Shown here: in pieces, positions 7,269-15,979 of the stretch
Numbering within the stretch: position 1 is the stretch's first letter
Layout of the letters: every line of letters starts with the position of its first letter
Made by a program: the position numbers and the translations under genes
IMG/VR virus record: IMGVR_UViG_3300022220_000003
Span: 29,467 to 93,466 of that record
Origin: a virus
DNA length: 64,000 nucleotides
Direction: 5' to 3' (one strand)
The notes under the pieces: generated by a model
The model's input: the letters and a program-made list of their open reading frames with translations, nothing else
Database searches by the model: none
What the model was told of the DNA's origin: nothing

Positions 7269-7297
7269 TGGCATCAGGGTTGCATACTAAGTATGCA
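7269..7297 (+). promoter_or_regulatory. sigma54-type promoter plus palindrome
   Basis: TGGCAT-CAGGG-TTGCATACTAAGTATGC-ATG. Confidence 0.8.
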
Positions 7298-7668
7298 TGA
7301 GCACAACGAGAGGAAACGAGACAATGAACGCAATCACCACCGAGATCAAGTTTGCCAAGGCTGAGATGGCCGCGATTAACTTCCAAGGTGCAGGCCCCGA
7401 GCTTGGACGACGTTTTTGTCACCTCCGCCGGTTGGTTAAGCTGCTCAAGGAGCTCGATCGGCTCAACGGGTTGGGACTCGCCGAGCTCGTCACGGTTGAA
7501 TACGAGTCCGAGGACGTCCCTAGCACATGTGTTGTTTTTTGGGCGAACACTGATGCCACGGCCGATATCGTGGGCAAACGCTCGGGCCAAGAAGTTGCGC
7601 GGCTTTCATCGCGTGAATTCTTTATCGAGCTCTCGTTGGCCCCCGGGCGTATGCCTGGTTTCTTTTAG
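7297..7668 (+). CDS. Hypothetical early protein, paralog of 242..592 (alternative start 7324)
   Basis: Shared VEYESEDVP motif. Confidence 0.7.
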   Translation: MSTTRGNETMNAITTEIKFAKAEMAAINFQGAGPELGRRFCHLRRLVKLLKELDRLNGLGLAELVTVEYESEDVPSTCVVFWANTDATADIVGKRSGQEVARLSSREFFIELSLAPGRMPGFF

Positions 7669-7980
7669 GCCAGCCAAACCCCAACGGCCGAGACTGCACA
7701 AAAGTGGCCGTTGGCCTCGGAGGGGCTCGAGGGATCTCCAGGGGTTGCGGCGAGAGCTGCGGGCCGATCACAGGACGTCAACAGCCACTTTCCTCGAGCT
7801 CTGGCGCGGGAGCTGAGCTCGGCGAGCTCTGGGGAGGTAAGCGCGGGGGATCTTTTGTCCCACACCCCCCACTGGCAAAAAAACTGCGAAAATAGTTTTT
7901 TCCGAGGTACTGGCTCCCCCACCCACAAAACGCGACCAAAACCCACCCCCACTTATGTATACTTAGTGTACACACCATAG

Positions 7981-8130
7981 GGCCACCACCTGGTCACCTG
8001 GCACACCACCTGGTCGCCTGGCACACCACCTGGTCACCTGGCACACCACCTGGTCGCCTGGCACACCACCTGGTCACCTGGCACACCACCTGGTCGCCTG
8101 GCACACCACCTGGTCGCCTGGCACACCACC
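7981..8130. repeat. Tandem repeat, about 7.5 x 20 bp (gcacaccacctggtcRcctg), iteron-like
   Basis: Direct reading; R runs A,G,A,G,A,G,G. Confidence 0.95.
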
Positions 8131-8246
8131 GCCGCCACCGCCGCCTAGTCAACCTCACCGGACGATCGTGGGGCGGGCAAAAACAACAACTTTTGAAGGG
8201 AGGTCGCCAAGGGGGGCAAAAACAAGGTGCAGCGGTAAACCTAGTG

Positions 8247-8654
8247 TCAGGCGGCCGACTGCTCGAGGCCCACCGCGTCCACAAACGCGGCAAGGTTGGC
8301 CTCGGTGGTGTTGGACGGCTGCCAAGTATGCCCGAGCAGGTCCACCAAGGCTCGGAGGGATGCGGCGATGTTAGGTTCACCTCGCCGAGCTCCCCACAAC
8401 CAAAGGGCCCGCGTCCGAGGTGAGGCCTTAAACGTTGGAATCCTTACATATTTTGAGTACACCCGAACGCCGTTCCAAGTCTTGGCCCGCGGGTCGGACG
8501 GTTTGGACACCGCATCGGCTGTTTTGGGGTCACCGCAACACTCTAAAATCATTGATAAAAGCAGGTGGCACGCGTCGTCACAGCTCTCGATACCGTGCGC
8601 GTGCCCCCATTGTGCCAAGGTTTTAAATTGCTGGTCTGTCAATCTCATAATCAT
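8247..8654 (-). CDS. Putative tandem ribbon-helix-helix DNA-binding protein
   Basis: Two strand-helix-helix-like units (IMRLTDQQFKTLAQWGHAHG...; PTFKASPRTRALWLWGARRGEPNIAASLRALVD); divergent from the primase. Confidence 0.5.
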   Translation of the reverse strand: MIMRLTDQQFKTLAQWGHAHGIESCDDACHLLLSMILECCGDPKTADAVSKPSDPRAKTWNGVRVYSKYVRIPTFKASPRTRALWLWGARRGEPNIAASLRALVDLLGHTWQPSNTTEANLAAFVDAVGLEQSAA

Positions 8655-8850
8655 ATCAAGTAATTAGCTCATTTCTGGAGACCAAGTCAAGGGTGGCACG
8701 CTGTCACACGATCTACTCCTTTATGGAACAACATATATATGCACCGGTGAACCTACAGTTGGTAAGTCAACCACATGAGCTTCACCGGTGCATATATCTG
8801 TTATAAGTAAAAGTATAGAACAATAGGCCACGCGTGCCAGGTGTGACACA
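8654..8850. other. Candidate replication origin
   Basis: AT-rich intergenic DNA, 17-bp perfect inverted repeat 8735-8751/8781-8797, IHF match 8654-8666, directly upstream of the primase-helicase. Confidence 0.5.
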
Positions 8851-8984
8851 ACATTTATTCAAAACGTAAAATAAAACAGGCTGTCACGCGGTGTCACGCG
8901 TGTTTTGGTCCTGTGGATCCGTATTGCGTTATTCCCAACAGTTGGCCTAGTGTCCTTGCAGCTCAAAACCTCGGGGGTGATTGA

Positions 8985-11465
8985 GTGCCAAGGGACCTAA
9001 CCCTGCTCGTGTGGGGTGACATCAAATCGGGTGATCCCAACCAAGGTAACCTGGTGACTGCACCTTGGGTTGACTGGGTTAGCGTGCTATCCACCCACGT
9101 ACGCAGGTCAACCAAAGGGGGTCCGTGCGTTGTCTGCGGTCACATCCCCAAAGGTAAACCCCGTTTGCAAATCCACGTCGAGGCCACCGACACGGTGTGC
9201 CTTGATATCGATAAGGGTACCACCGAGGAGATCGGCGAGATCCTCGAGGCCTTTGCCCCGTATGAATACGTGGCCTATACGAGCTTTAGCCATGCTCGAT
9301 ATCAGCTCGGTACCAAGGACACCCCACCGGCCCCCGGTGAGCCGACACAAACCAAGCTGCGGGTGTTGCTACCCCTAGCCCGTCGAGTAAGTGCCAAAGA
9401 ATATGAGGGGGTTTGGCCGGTGATCCAGCAGTTGGCCAAGCACCCAATCGACAAGGCAATCAAGGCTCTCAACCAAGGGTACTATTTACCGAGCGCCAGG
9501 GTCGGGGCCCCGACCCTGGCCCACCACAACAAAACCGGCCGGTGGCTCGACCCTGACAACCTCTTGCAGCTCTCGGACACCCCCGCCGAGACCTCCACCG
9601 AGCTCCCCACCGTCGAGGTTTTGGGCCGGGTCGAGACAATTATCCGCAAGCTCGCCAAAATGATACGCTCGCACCCCCTCAAGGCGGCGGCCAATGCCTT
9701 GATCAACGGCGAGCCCCTGGACTTCGGTGATGGTCGCCACGATACGATTATCCGGTTGACGGGTTGGATCGCGTTCAAAACCGAGAACAAACCTCTGCAC
9801 CCAAGCGTAATCGAGGCCTTGTTCCAACGGTCGATTGACGCAATGCGTCTTGATCGACCTCATGACATGGCATCGGTGACCATCGACGCCGCCACCGCAG
9901 CCTACGAAACCGCAATCGCCAAGGCGATTGAGATCAAGGAGGCCGAGCGTAAGGAGGCCCAAAGTCATTACGCCGGCCCGGAGTCACCCGAGTGGCCCAA
10001 AGAAACCCTCGAGCGGTGCGCCGAGGCTCAAGAATCCACCGTCGAGCAACTCGCGTTTGTTGTGGTGCGAGACCGGGCGCACTACATCCTACAACCGGAC
10101 ACCTATTTTTGCGGTCCGTTCACTGAAAAGGACGCGTTTATTGAAATCATTCAAGCTTTGGGGCGATCCCCGGTGGAGCTTTACGAGGTCACCAACTCAG
10201 GCAACTATAAACCAAGGCCATTTTTTGAGCTGATACGCCGATATGGCAGGGTAGCTCAACAAGTGGTCGCAAACCTCGCAACCCAACGGACCTATTACGA
10301 TCGCGAGCACCGCACGATCCATGAGGCCGTTTGCCCTCGCCGCACCTTCGAGCCGGTTCACAACCCAAAAATAGACCATTGGTTGCGCCTATTCGCGGGC
10401 ACGCCTGCCAATTACGAGAAGCTCCTCGATTGGATGGCCTGTTGCCCCGATCTTAACAAGTTACTTTGCGCCCTCACCTTGGCGGGAGCTCCTGGCACCG
10501 GTAAAACCTTGTTTGCCCAAGGCATGGCCAGCCTATGGGCCGAGGGTGGAGCGGCGGCGAGCCCCGAGGTGATCCTCGGTAACTTTAACGAGGACCTAAC
10601 CCGATGCCCCCTCGTATTCGCCGATGAGACCCTGCCGAAAACCTACCGGTGGGAGTCGGTGACAACCAAGCTACGGGCCGAGATTGCCTCCTTGGTGCGC
10701 ACCCTCAACCGCAAGTATTACGCCCCCTTAACCCTACAAGGGAGCCTCCGTTTTATCCTGGCGACCAACAACCCGATGATTCTCGCCAGCAACATCAGCA
10801 CCGCGGCGGATCTCAACGCGGTGGCGGTGCGATTTCTCTACCTCGAGACCGGGGCCGAGGCCGAACAGTACTTGCTCACCCTGGACCACGAGACAAAGGA
10901 CGGCTGGCGTATACACCAAATCGCGGCTCACGCCCTTTGGCTCCAACAAAACCGAGCGGTGACCCCCGCGGGCCGTTTTTGGGTCACCGGCGATCTCGAA
11001 AAAATGCACCGCCTACTCGTGACCTCATCGGATTGGAATAGTTGGGTTTGCGAGTGGATCGTCAAGGGGCTGCTAGACGGCTATCGCAAGGCGGAGCAAA
11101 ACCAAGACACGGTGGGCCGGGTGATAGTCCAGGAGGGCCACCTCTTTGTCAATATCAGTGCAGTCGCAGATGGTTGGCCCATATACACCAACTATCCCAA
11201 TATCCCCCCCGACCCGCGCAAGATCGCCACGGCCCTCCGCTCGATCTCCCTGCAACCCAAGGCCGTCCAAGTTCGCACCCCCGGCGGGACGCGGCACCGC
11301 TACTTTGACATTGACCTAAACCACCTCGTGGCGTGGGCGGATGAGAAGGGGATCTGCGGAGCACCCGAGATCGAGCTCGCAATCCACCAAGGAATCACCG
11401 AGCGGCCCAAGATCGTCAATCTGAACGAGCACCGGAACAAAGGAAAGGATCAGCCACAGCAATGA
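8985..11465 (+). CDS. Primase-helicase (AEP-type primase, PriCT-like region, SF3 helicase)
   Basis: LDID, YTSFSH, KLRVLLPL; GRHD; Walker A GAPGTGKT, Walker B VFADE, motif C ILATNN. Confidence 0.85.
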   Translation: MPRDLTLLVWGDIKSGDPNQGNLVTAPWVDWVSVLSTHVRRSTKGGPCVVCGHIPKGKPRLQIHVEATDTVCLDIDKGTTEEIGEILEAFAPYEYVAYTSFSHARYQLGTKDTPPAPGEPTQTKLRVLLPLARRVSAKEYEGVWPVIQQLAKHPIDKAIKALNQGYYLPSARVGAPTLAHHNKTGRWLDPDNLLQLSDTPAETSTELPTVEVLGRVETIIRKLAKMIRSHPLKAAANALINGEPLDFGDGRHDTIIRLTGWIAFKTENKPLHPSVIEALFQRSIDAMRLDRPHDMASVTIDAATAAYETAIAKAIEIKEAERKEAQSHYAGPESPEWPKETLERCAEAQESTVEQLAFVVVRDRAHYILQPDTYFCGPFTEKDAFIEIIQALGRSPVELYEVTNSGNYKPRPFFELIRRYGRVAQQVVANLATQRTYYDREHRTIHEAVCPRRTFEPVHNPKIDHWLRLFAGTPANYEKLLDWMACCPDLNKLLCALTLAGAPGTGKTLFAQGMASLWAEGGAAASPEVILGNFNEDLTRCPLVFADETLPKTYRWESVTTKLRAEIASLVRTLNRKYYAPLTLQGSLRFILATNNPMILASNISTAADLNAVAVRFLYLETGAEAEQYLLTLDHETKDGWRIHQIAAHALWLQQNRAVTPAGRFWVTGDLEKMHRLLVTSSDWNSWVCEWIVKGLLDGYRKAEQNQDTVGRVIVQEGHLFVNISAVADGWPIYTNYPNIPPDPRKIATALRSISLQPKAVQVRTPGGTRHRYFDIDLNHLVAWADEKGICGAPEIELAIHQGITERPKIVNLNEHRNKGKDQPQQ

Positions 11466-11505
11466 CAACGCAAACAACGGGGCCCGTCCCTACGGGGCGG
11501 ATCGA

Positions 11506-12108
11506 ATGAATCAATCCATAAACCAATGGCTTCGCCTATTGGCGGGCAATGACGACAATCACCAAAAACTCCTCGATTGGTTGGCTTGTGCCCCCAATCT
11601 GGACACGCCTTTATGTGGCCTGATTTTTGCGGGCCCACCGAAAACGAGCAAGGGTCTGTTTTTGGCGTTTGTGGCGGGGTTGCGGGAAATTTGGAACGGC
11701 TGGCGCAGTATGCCCAATAATGACACCCCTATCCTGGTCTACCGAGACGATCCCAAGGCCCTGAGCACTATCGACCCCATAACCCTAGATGCCTACCCCC
11801 GGCGGCGTTTCGTGGTCGCCACCAACACCCCCGAGATCATGTTGGCCCATGTTCACGAGCGGACACCGTTAGAACAGCTCGAGCGGTGGTTTTTGTACAT
11901 GGAACCCACCGAGGAGGCGGCCGAGCTCCTCGAGGGATTCGAAGATTATCACCCGGTGTGGGGTGTGCGCCATATCACGACAGCTATCGAGACCTTGCAC
12001 CAGTATCACAAGGTGGAGCGGGCCGGGCATCTATGGGTTGAGGGTACCCCGGGCGCCATGCGCCACCTCACAACCCAACCACCTAAAGCCGTAGGGGTGA
12101 CCCCATGA
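11506..12108 (+). CDS. Degenerate paralog of the SF3 helicase domain
   Basis: WLRLLAG..KLLDWLAC vs WLRLFAG..KLLDWMAC; P-loop changed to GPPKTSKG. Confidence 0.75.
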   Translation: MNQSINQWLRLLAGNDDNHQKLLDWLACAPNLDTPLCGLIFAGPPKTSKGLFLAFVAGLREIWNGWRSMPNNDTPILVYRDDPKALSTIDPITLDAYPRRRFVVATNTPEIMLAHVHERTPLEQLERWFLYMEPTEEAAELLEGFEDYHPVWGVRHITTAIETLHQYHKVERAGHLWVEGTPGAMRHLTTQPPKAVGVTP

Positions 12109-12728
12109 GAATCATCGGACCGACCTACACGATATTGACCCCGATCAAAGGGGAACGGATCCTAGCGGCAATCGAGGCCGCGGGGCGTACGTGTTACAAA
12201 TCGCAAGAAAAGATCACACCCACGTCCTCCCAGAGGTTTGTCCAAATGATCCTCGAGCGGGGCCACGAATCGGTGATCGAGCACGAATCCGTTTCGGTGC
12301 GGATCACTTGTGACCGAGGGGTGTCTCACGAGATCGTACGCCATCGCCTAGCGTCTTACTCCCAAGAGTCGACTCGCTATTGCAACTACGCAAGCGCCAA
12401 ATTTGGTCAGGAGATCTCGGTGATTGAGCCCCCTGGACTCGGGGAGCTAGCGCGGGCGCATTGGGTCCAGGCCGTCAAAATGTGCGAGGGGCAATATTTG
12501 GAGTTGTTGGCCCTCGGGACACCACCGGAGATCGCTCGGTCGGTGTTGCCTAACGCCCTTGCCACCGAGATTGTGATGACCGCAAACCTCCGCGAATGGC
12601 GCCACTTTTTCAGGCTGCGGACGGCCAAGGCCGCACACCCTCAGATGAGGGAGATCGCGCGGCCGATGCTCGCCGAGTTTCGTCAGCGTATACCTGTGAT
12701 TTTTGACACCGTGGGGGTGACCCAATGA
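12105..12728 (+). CDS. thyX: FAD-dependent thymidylate synthase
   Basis: GHESVIEH; RHRLASYSQESTRY signature; ARSVLP; NLREWRHF..LR. Confidence 0.97.
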   Translation: MRIIGPTYTILTPIKGERILAAIEAAGRTCYKSQEKITPTSSQRFVQMILERGHESVIEHESVSVRITCDRGVSHEIVRHRLASYSQESTRYCNYASAKFGQEISVIEPPGLGELARAHWVQAVKMCEGQYLELLALGTPPEIARSVLPNALATEIVMTANLREWRHFFRLRTAKAAHPQMREIARPMLAEFRQRIPVIFDTVGVTQ

Positions 12729-12780
12729 AAACCTCAATCCCAAATCCACCCCACGGAGCGGGCCCAAAGGATCCACCACA

Positions 12781-12903
12781 ATGAAAGGTTTAGCCATGGG
12801 TTTGCTCACGGTCGTGGGCCTCGTGACCTCGTTTATCAATCCGCCGGTGGGGCTCATGCTCTTGACGATCGCGGGTTGTTGGTTTTGGTGGGAGCACGGA
12901 TAA
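12781..12903 (+). CDS. 40-aa membrane peptide (not in the ORF track)
   Basis: MKGLAMGLLTVVGLVTSFINPPVGLMLLTIAGCWFWWEHG; AAGGA RBS; TAATG overlap with the next gene. Confidence 0.5.
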   Translation: MKGLAMGLLTVVGLVTSFINPPVGLMLLTIAGCWFWWEHG

Positions 12904-13115
12904 TGAAAGTGAAGATCGGAAACACGGTTTATGACTCCAACGATCAGCCTATCTTGTTGGTCCTAGACAACCACGAAAAGAGCATGATCTCGAATATGCT
13001 CCCCCAGTGTTACAAATATTGTGCTTGTCCGCACGGTACCCCGGTGGCCGAGATCGAGCGGTTTATGGGTATCGATCACCTGAGCAAGCCCACCCCTGCG
13101 GGGCGGGCGGGGTAA
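12903..13115 (+). CDS. Hypothetical protein
   Basis: GGAG RBS, TAATG coupling. Confidence 0.6.
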   Translation: MKVKIGNTVYDSNDQPILLVLDNHEKSMISNMLPQCYKYCACPHGTPVAEIERFMGIDHLSKPTPAGRAG

Positions 13116-13119
13116 ATAG

Positions 13120-13599
13120 ATGCCTAGAAAACACGATCGCTGCACCGGACATTGCTGCGAAAAATTCACCCTCCGCCTATCCCCCGAGGAGCTCGCGGCG
13201 AGCTATCGGCATTGGCTCAATCGAGACGCCGAGCCGCTCGAAATGAACGGGACTAGGACTCCACCAATATACCGCGATATACATCTGATTGCGCCCATGG
13301 TGCGGTATCTCGGGTTCACCTACGATCACCCACCGCAGATCAATCCGTCCGATAACAGGCTACTAGGCAAGCCAAAAACCAAACAACATTACTACACGTG
13401 TAAGCACTTCAACCCCAAAACGCGGGATTGCACGATTTACGAGATCCGGCCGGCGATGTGTCGGAGCTATCCGGACTCGGGGTTGTGCAACTACGCCAAG
13501 TGTACCTGGAAGGCCAAGCGGGCCAAAAAGCAGACCGCGGCGGAGCTGCGCCGACGCAAAAAGGCAATCATGGCCAAGGTCAAGGAGCCCACCGAATGA
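13120..13599 (+). CDS. YkgJ-family (CxxCxxCC) cysteine-cluster protein
   Basis: CTGHCC ... CKHF...CTIYEIRPAMCRSYP. Confidence 0.8.
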   Translation: MPRKHDRCTGHCCEKFTLRLSPEELAASYRHWLNRDAEPLEMNGTRTPPIYRDIHLIAPMVRYLGFTYDHPPQINPSDNRLLGKPKTKQHYYTCKHFNPKTRDCTIYEIRPAMCRSYPDSGLCNYAKCTWKAKRAKKQTAAELRRRKKAIMAKVKEPTE

Positions 13600-14003
13600 C
13601 CGCCAACAAGTGGGAGGCCAAGCGCAAGGCCCAGTTTCTAAACCGGTGTATCCATTATCCGAGGTCATGGGAGGATACCCATTGCGCGGTAGGTGTGGAT
13701 CTTGACGCCATATGGGACAAATCCGAGCGGCCCTACCGGCGGATCTGCTACTCCCCCAAGGCCGCGATTCCCTGTGATAAACGAGAGCTCCCCACCGAGG
13801 CCGATTATGAGGCCTACCGTCAAGAGCTAGAAAACAGTCTCACCCGCATGGTCAAAATTGCCGAGGCTATTGGGGCCACCGGACAGAAGCAAGGCCGCAT
13901 CGATTGCCCTTGTTGTAACGGCGTAGTTGGGTTTTCAATCGCTAGCAATGGCCACATGGCCGCGGCATGCTCAACGGATGGGTGTGCCAAGTGGAGTGAA
14001 TAA
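13596..14003 (+). CDS. Cys-rich, putative Zn-binding protein
   Basis: CPCCNG...CSTDGC; AAGGAG RBS; ATGA overlap. Confidence 0.65.
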   Translation: MTANKWEAKRKAQFLNRCIHYPRSWEDTHCAVGVDLDAIWDKSERPYRRICYSPKAAIPCDKRELPTEADYEAYRQELENSLTRMVKIAEAIGATGQKQGRIDCPCCNGVVGFSIASNGHMAAACSTDGCAKWSE

Positions 14004-14006
14004 GCC

Positions 14007-15197
14007 ATGGCAACTGAACCTGAGATCATTGCATCATTAACCGCGGGCATGTCTAGTGCCTACGGCGAGCCCGAGGCCACCTATGAGGAGTTTGCAGGCG
14101 CGATCGCCCCTGCCATTGTATTGGGTGGCAGTGGTGCCGCTGGCGGCGACGTAACCGGGCCCGCGAGCTCGACTACCAACGGGGTGGTGGTTTTTGATGG
14201 TACATCGGGCAAGGTGATCAAAGGAGCCACCGCGGCGGTGGATTTCGGTGGTCAGAATATCACCAACGTGGGATCGATCGCTGGTCTCGTTCCAACGAGC
14301 CGCCAAATCAACAACGGCACCGGTATCAGTGGAGGTGGAGATCTCACAGCCGATCGGACCCTATCTGTCAACCAAGGAGCCCTAGATCCTTCCAATATGG
14401 ACAGCACGGGCGCCACCGATGGCCAATTGGCCACGGCCGATGGCCTCGGTGGTATAGCCTGGGAGGACGCCGCCGCTGGCGGCGGCGGCGACGTGTCCGG
14501 GCCCGGGTCAAGTACTGACCATGGCTTGGCGCGCTATCACGGAGCGACCGGCAAAATTATACAGAATAGCGGTGTTACGCTTAGCGACGGCAACGCCATG
14601 GTGTTCCCGTCGTCAGGGTCCATTAGCTGCCGTGGGTCCGGCAGTTACTCGGAAAAATTCGGCGTTGGCGCAGTCGCGAATGGAACTTCAGCAACCGCAA
14701 TCGGTAGGCTTGCCGAGGCGACGCATAATGATACGACAGTGGTTGGCGCACAAGCTGACGGCAAGGCGGCAAAGGCCTGCGCGTTCGGCAAGGGTGCATT
14801 GGTCAATACCGGCGCAATCAATTCGATTGCCATTGGTTACGGCACAGAAGCGAAAGGAAGTGCAACCAACTGCGTTGCGGTTGGTTATTATGCCGAAGCG
14901 TCGACCAACGTCGATCACAGTGGTGCGCTTGGTACCAATGCAAAAGCTGCCCATGACCAGTCTTGGGCCTTCGGTCGCGCGGCGATCACGACTGCAACAA
15001 ATCGCGTCACGTTCGGGCAAATCGGTACCGGTTACTTGCTCGAGCTGCAGTGCGGCGACGGCTTTGGCTGCTTCGGCGTAACACCCCCTGGATCACAGCC
15101 GGCCAAGATCAGCGACCCCACCGATTTGGCGTCATGCGTCACAGCCATTACCGCGATAATTGACGTTTTGGAGGGTGCGGGGCTCTCAAGTACATAA
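14007..15197 (+). CDS. Fibre/adhesin-like protein with YadA-head-like repeats
   Basis: Two GGDV.GP.SST...f.G.tGK.I repeats; about 14-aa S.AIG..A.A repeats; amphipathic C-terminal helix. Confidence 0.7.
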   Translation: MATEPEIIASLTAGMSSAYGEPEATYEEFAGAIAPAIVLGGSGAAGGDVTGPASSTTNGVVVFDGTSGKVIKGATAAVDFGGQNITNVGSIAGLVPTSRQINNGTGISGGGDLTADRTLSVNQGALDPSNMDSTGATDGQLATADGLGGIAWEDAAAGGGGDVSGPGSSTDHGLARYHGATGKIIQNSGVTLSDGNAMVFPSSGSISCRGSGSYSEKFGVGAVANGTSATAIGRLAEATHNDTTVVGAQADGKAAKACAFGKGALVNTGAINSIAIGYGTEAKGSATNCVAVGYYAEASTNVDHSGALGTNAKAAHDQSWAFGRAAITTATNRVTFGQIGTGYLLELQCGDGFGCFGVTPPGSQPAKISDPTDLASCVTAITAIIDVLEGAGLSST

Positions 15198-15245
15198 AGG
15201 CGTAAAGGGTGCCAATTACATTCGAGTAATAATCGAGGAGATACC

Positions 15246-15473
15246 ATGATCAAGGCAATCGAAGATCCGTCGAGTTTGCGCAAGCTCTACAGTGACTTGC
15301 AGGTGACCGGGGCCGAGGCCGCTTTGGCCAAAGCGCAATTAGACCTATACATCACGCGAGTCTACAAGGAGCACGACATGAGCCCCGAGACCCACGCGGT
15401 ATGCTTGTGGTGTGGCAAGTTTGTGCCCCGTGAGGCGGGTTGCGGTTGTCTCAAAAAGGATAAACCAAAGTGA
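15246..15473 (+). CDS. Small coiled-coil/Cys-rich protein
   Basis: GAGGAG RBS; CLWC...CGC. Confidence 0.6.
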   Translation: MIKAIEDPSSLRKLYSDLQVTGAEAALAKAQLDLYITRVYKEHDMSPETHAVCLWCGKFVPREAGCGCLKKDKPK

Positions 15474-15475
15474 GT

Positions 15476-15491
15476 TGGCACGTGCATTGCA
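15476..15491 (+). promoter_or_regulatory. sigma54-type promoter
   Basis: TGGCACGTGCATTGCA is a perfect TGGCACG-N4-TTGCA in an intergenic gap. Confidence 0.7.
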
Positions 15492-15552
15492 ACCTTATAA
15501 TAATCTCGCGCCGCGGTTTCCCCGCAACGCTCGAAACTGCGGGGGTGGGACC

Positions 15553-15747
15553 ATGACCTATAAACCAACCTTCCCCACCAACTCACACTGCGACCTGTGC
15601 GGCCACAAGGTGAGCTCCGAGGATCTCGCCGTATGCGAGAGGTGCAACCGGTGGGTTTGTCGGTTGTGTTGGAGTTTCGCTCTTTGTGATGAATGCTCGG
15701 CCATGACCGCCACCGGCGACGGGCCGTTTGGAGATTTAGATGATTAA
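15553..15747 (+). CDS. Small Zn-finger protein
   Basis: Four CxxC motifs. Confidence 0.6.
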   Translation: MTYKPTFPTNSHCDLCGHKVSSEDLAVCERCNRWVCRLCWSFALCDECSAMTATGDGPFGDLDD

Positions 15748-15979
15748 GAACGGTGCAACCATGGCCGAGCAAATGACCCAATGGCGCAAGGCCCACCCCG
15801 AGCACGATCCCCCACCACTCCCTCGAGGGCCATACCAGCCCAAGACCAGCCCCAAGGATCGGGCGGAATTCCAACGGCTCGCAAACGTGACCCTACGCCA
15901 GGAATGGGCGGAGCTCGTGGTCGATATCCTGGCAGACCTAGACCGGGCCGAGGCGGCCCTCAAACGGGGCGGTCAATGA
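15740..15979 (+). CDS. Hypothetical protein
   Basis: Shares PY.P.T...DLDRAEA.L with the next ORF. Confidence 0.6.
   Translation: MIKNGATMAEQMTQWRKAHPEHDPPPLPRGPYQPKTSPKDRAEFQRLANVTLRQEWAELVVDILADLDRAEAALKRGGQ

Noticed and set aside
7981-8130. CRISPR array
   Set aside because: Repeats are contiguous with no unique spacers
8943-8960. sigma54 promoter for the primase gene
   Set aside because: GG-to-GC spacing is 12, not the required 10
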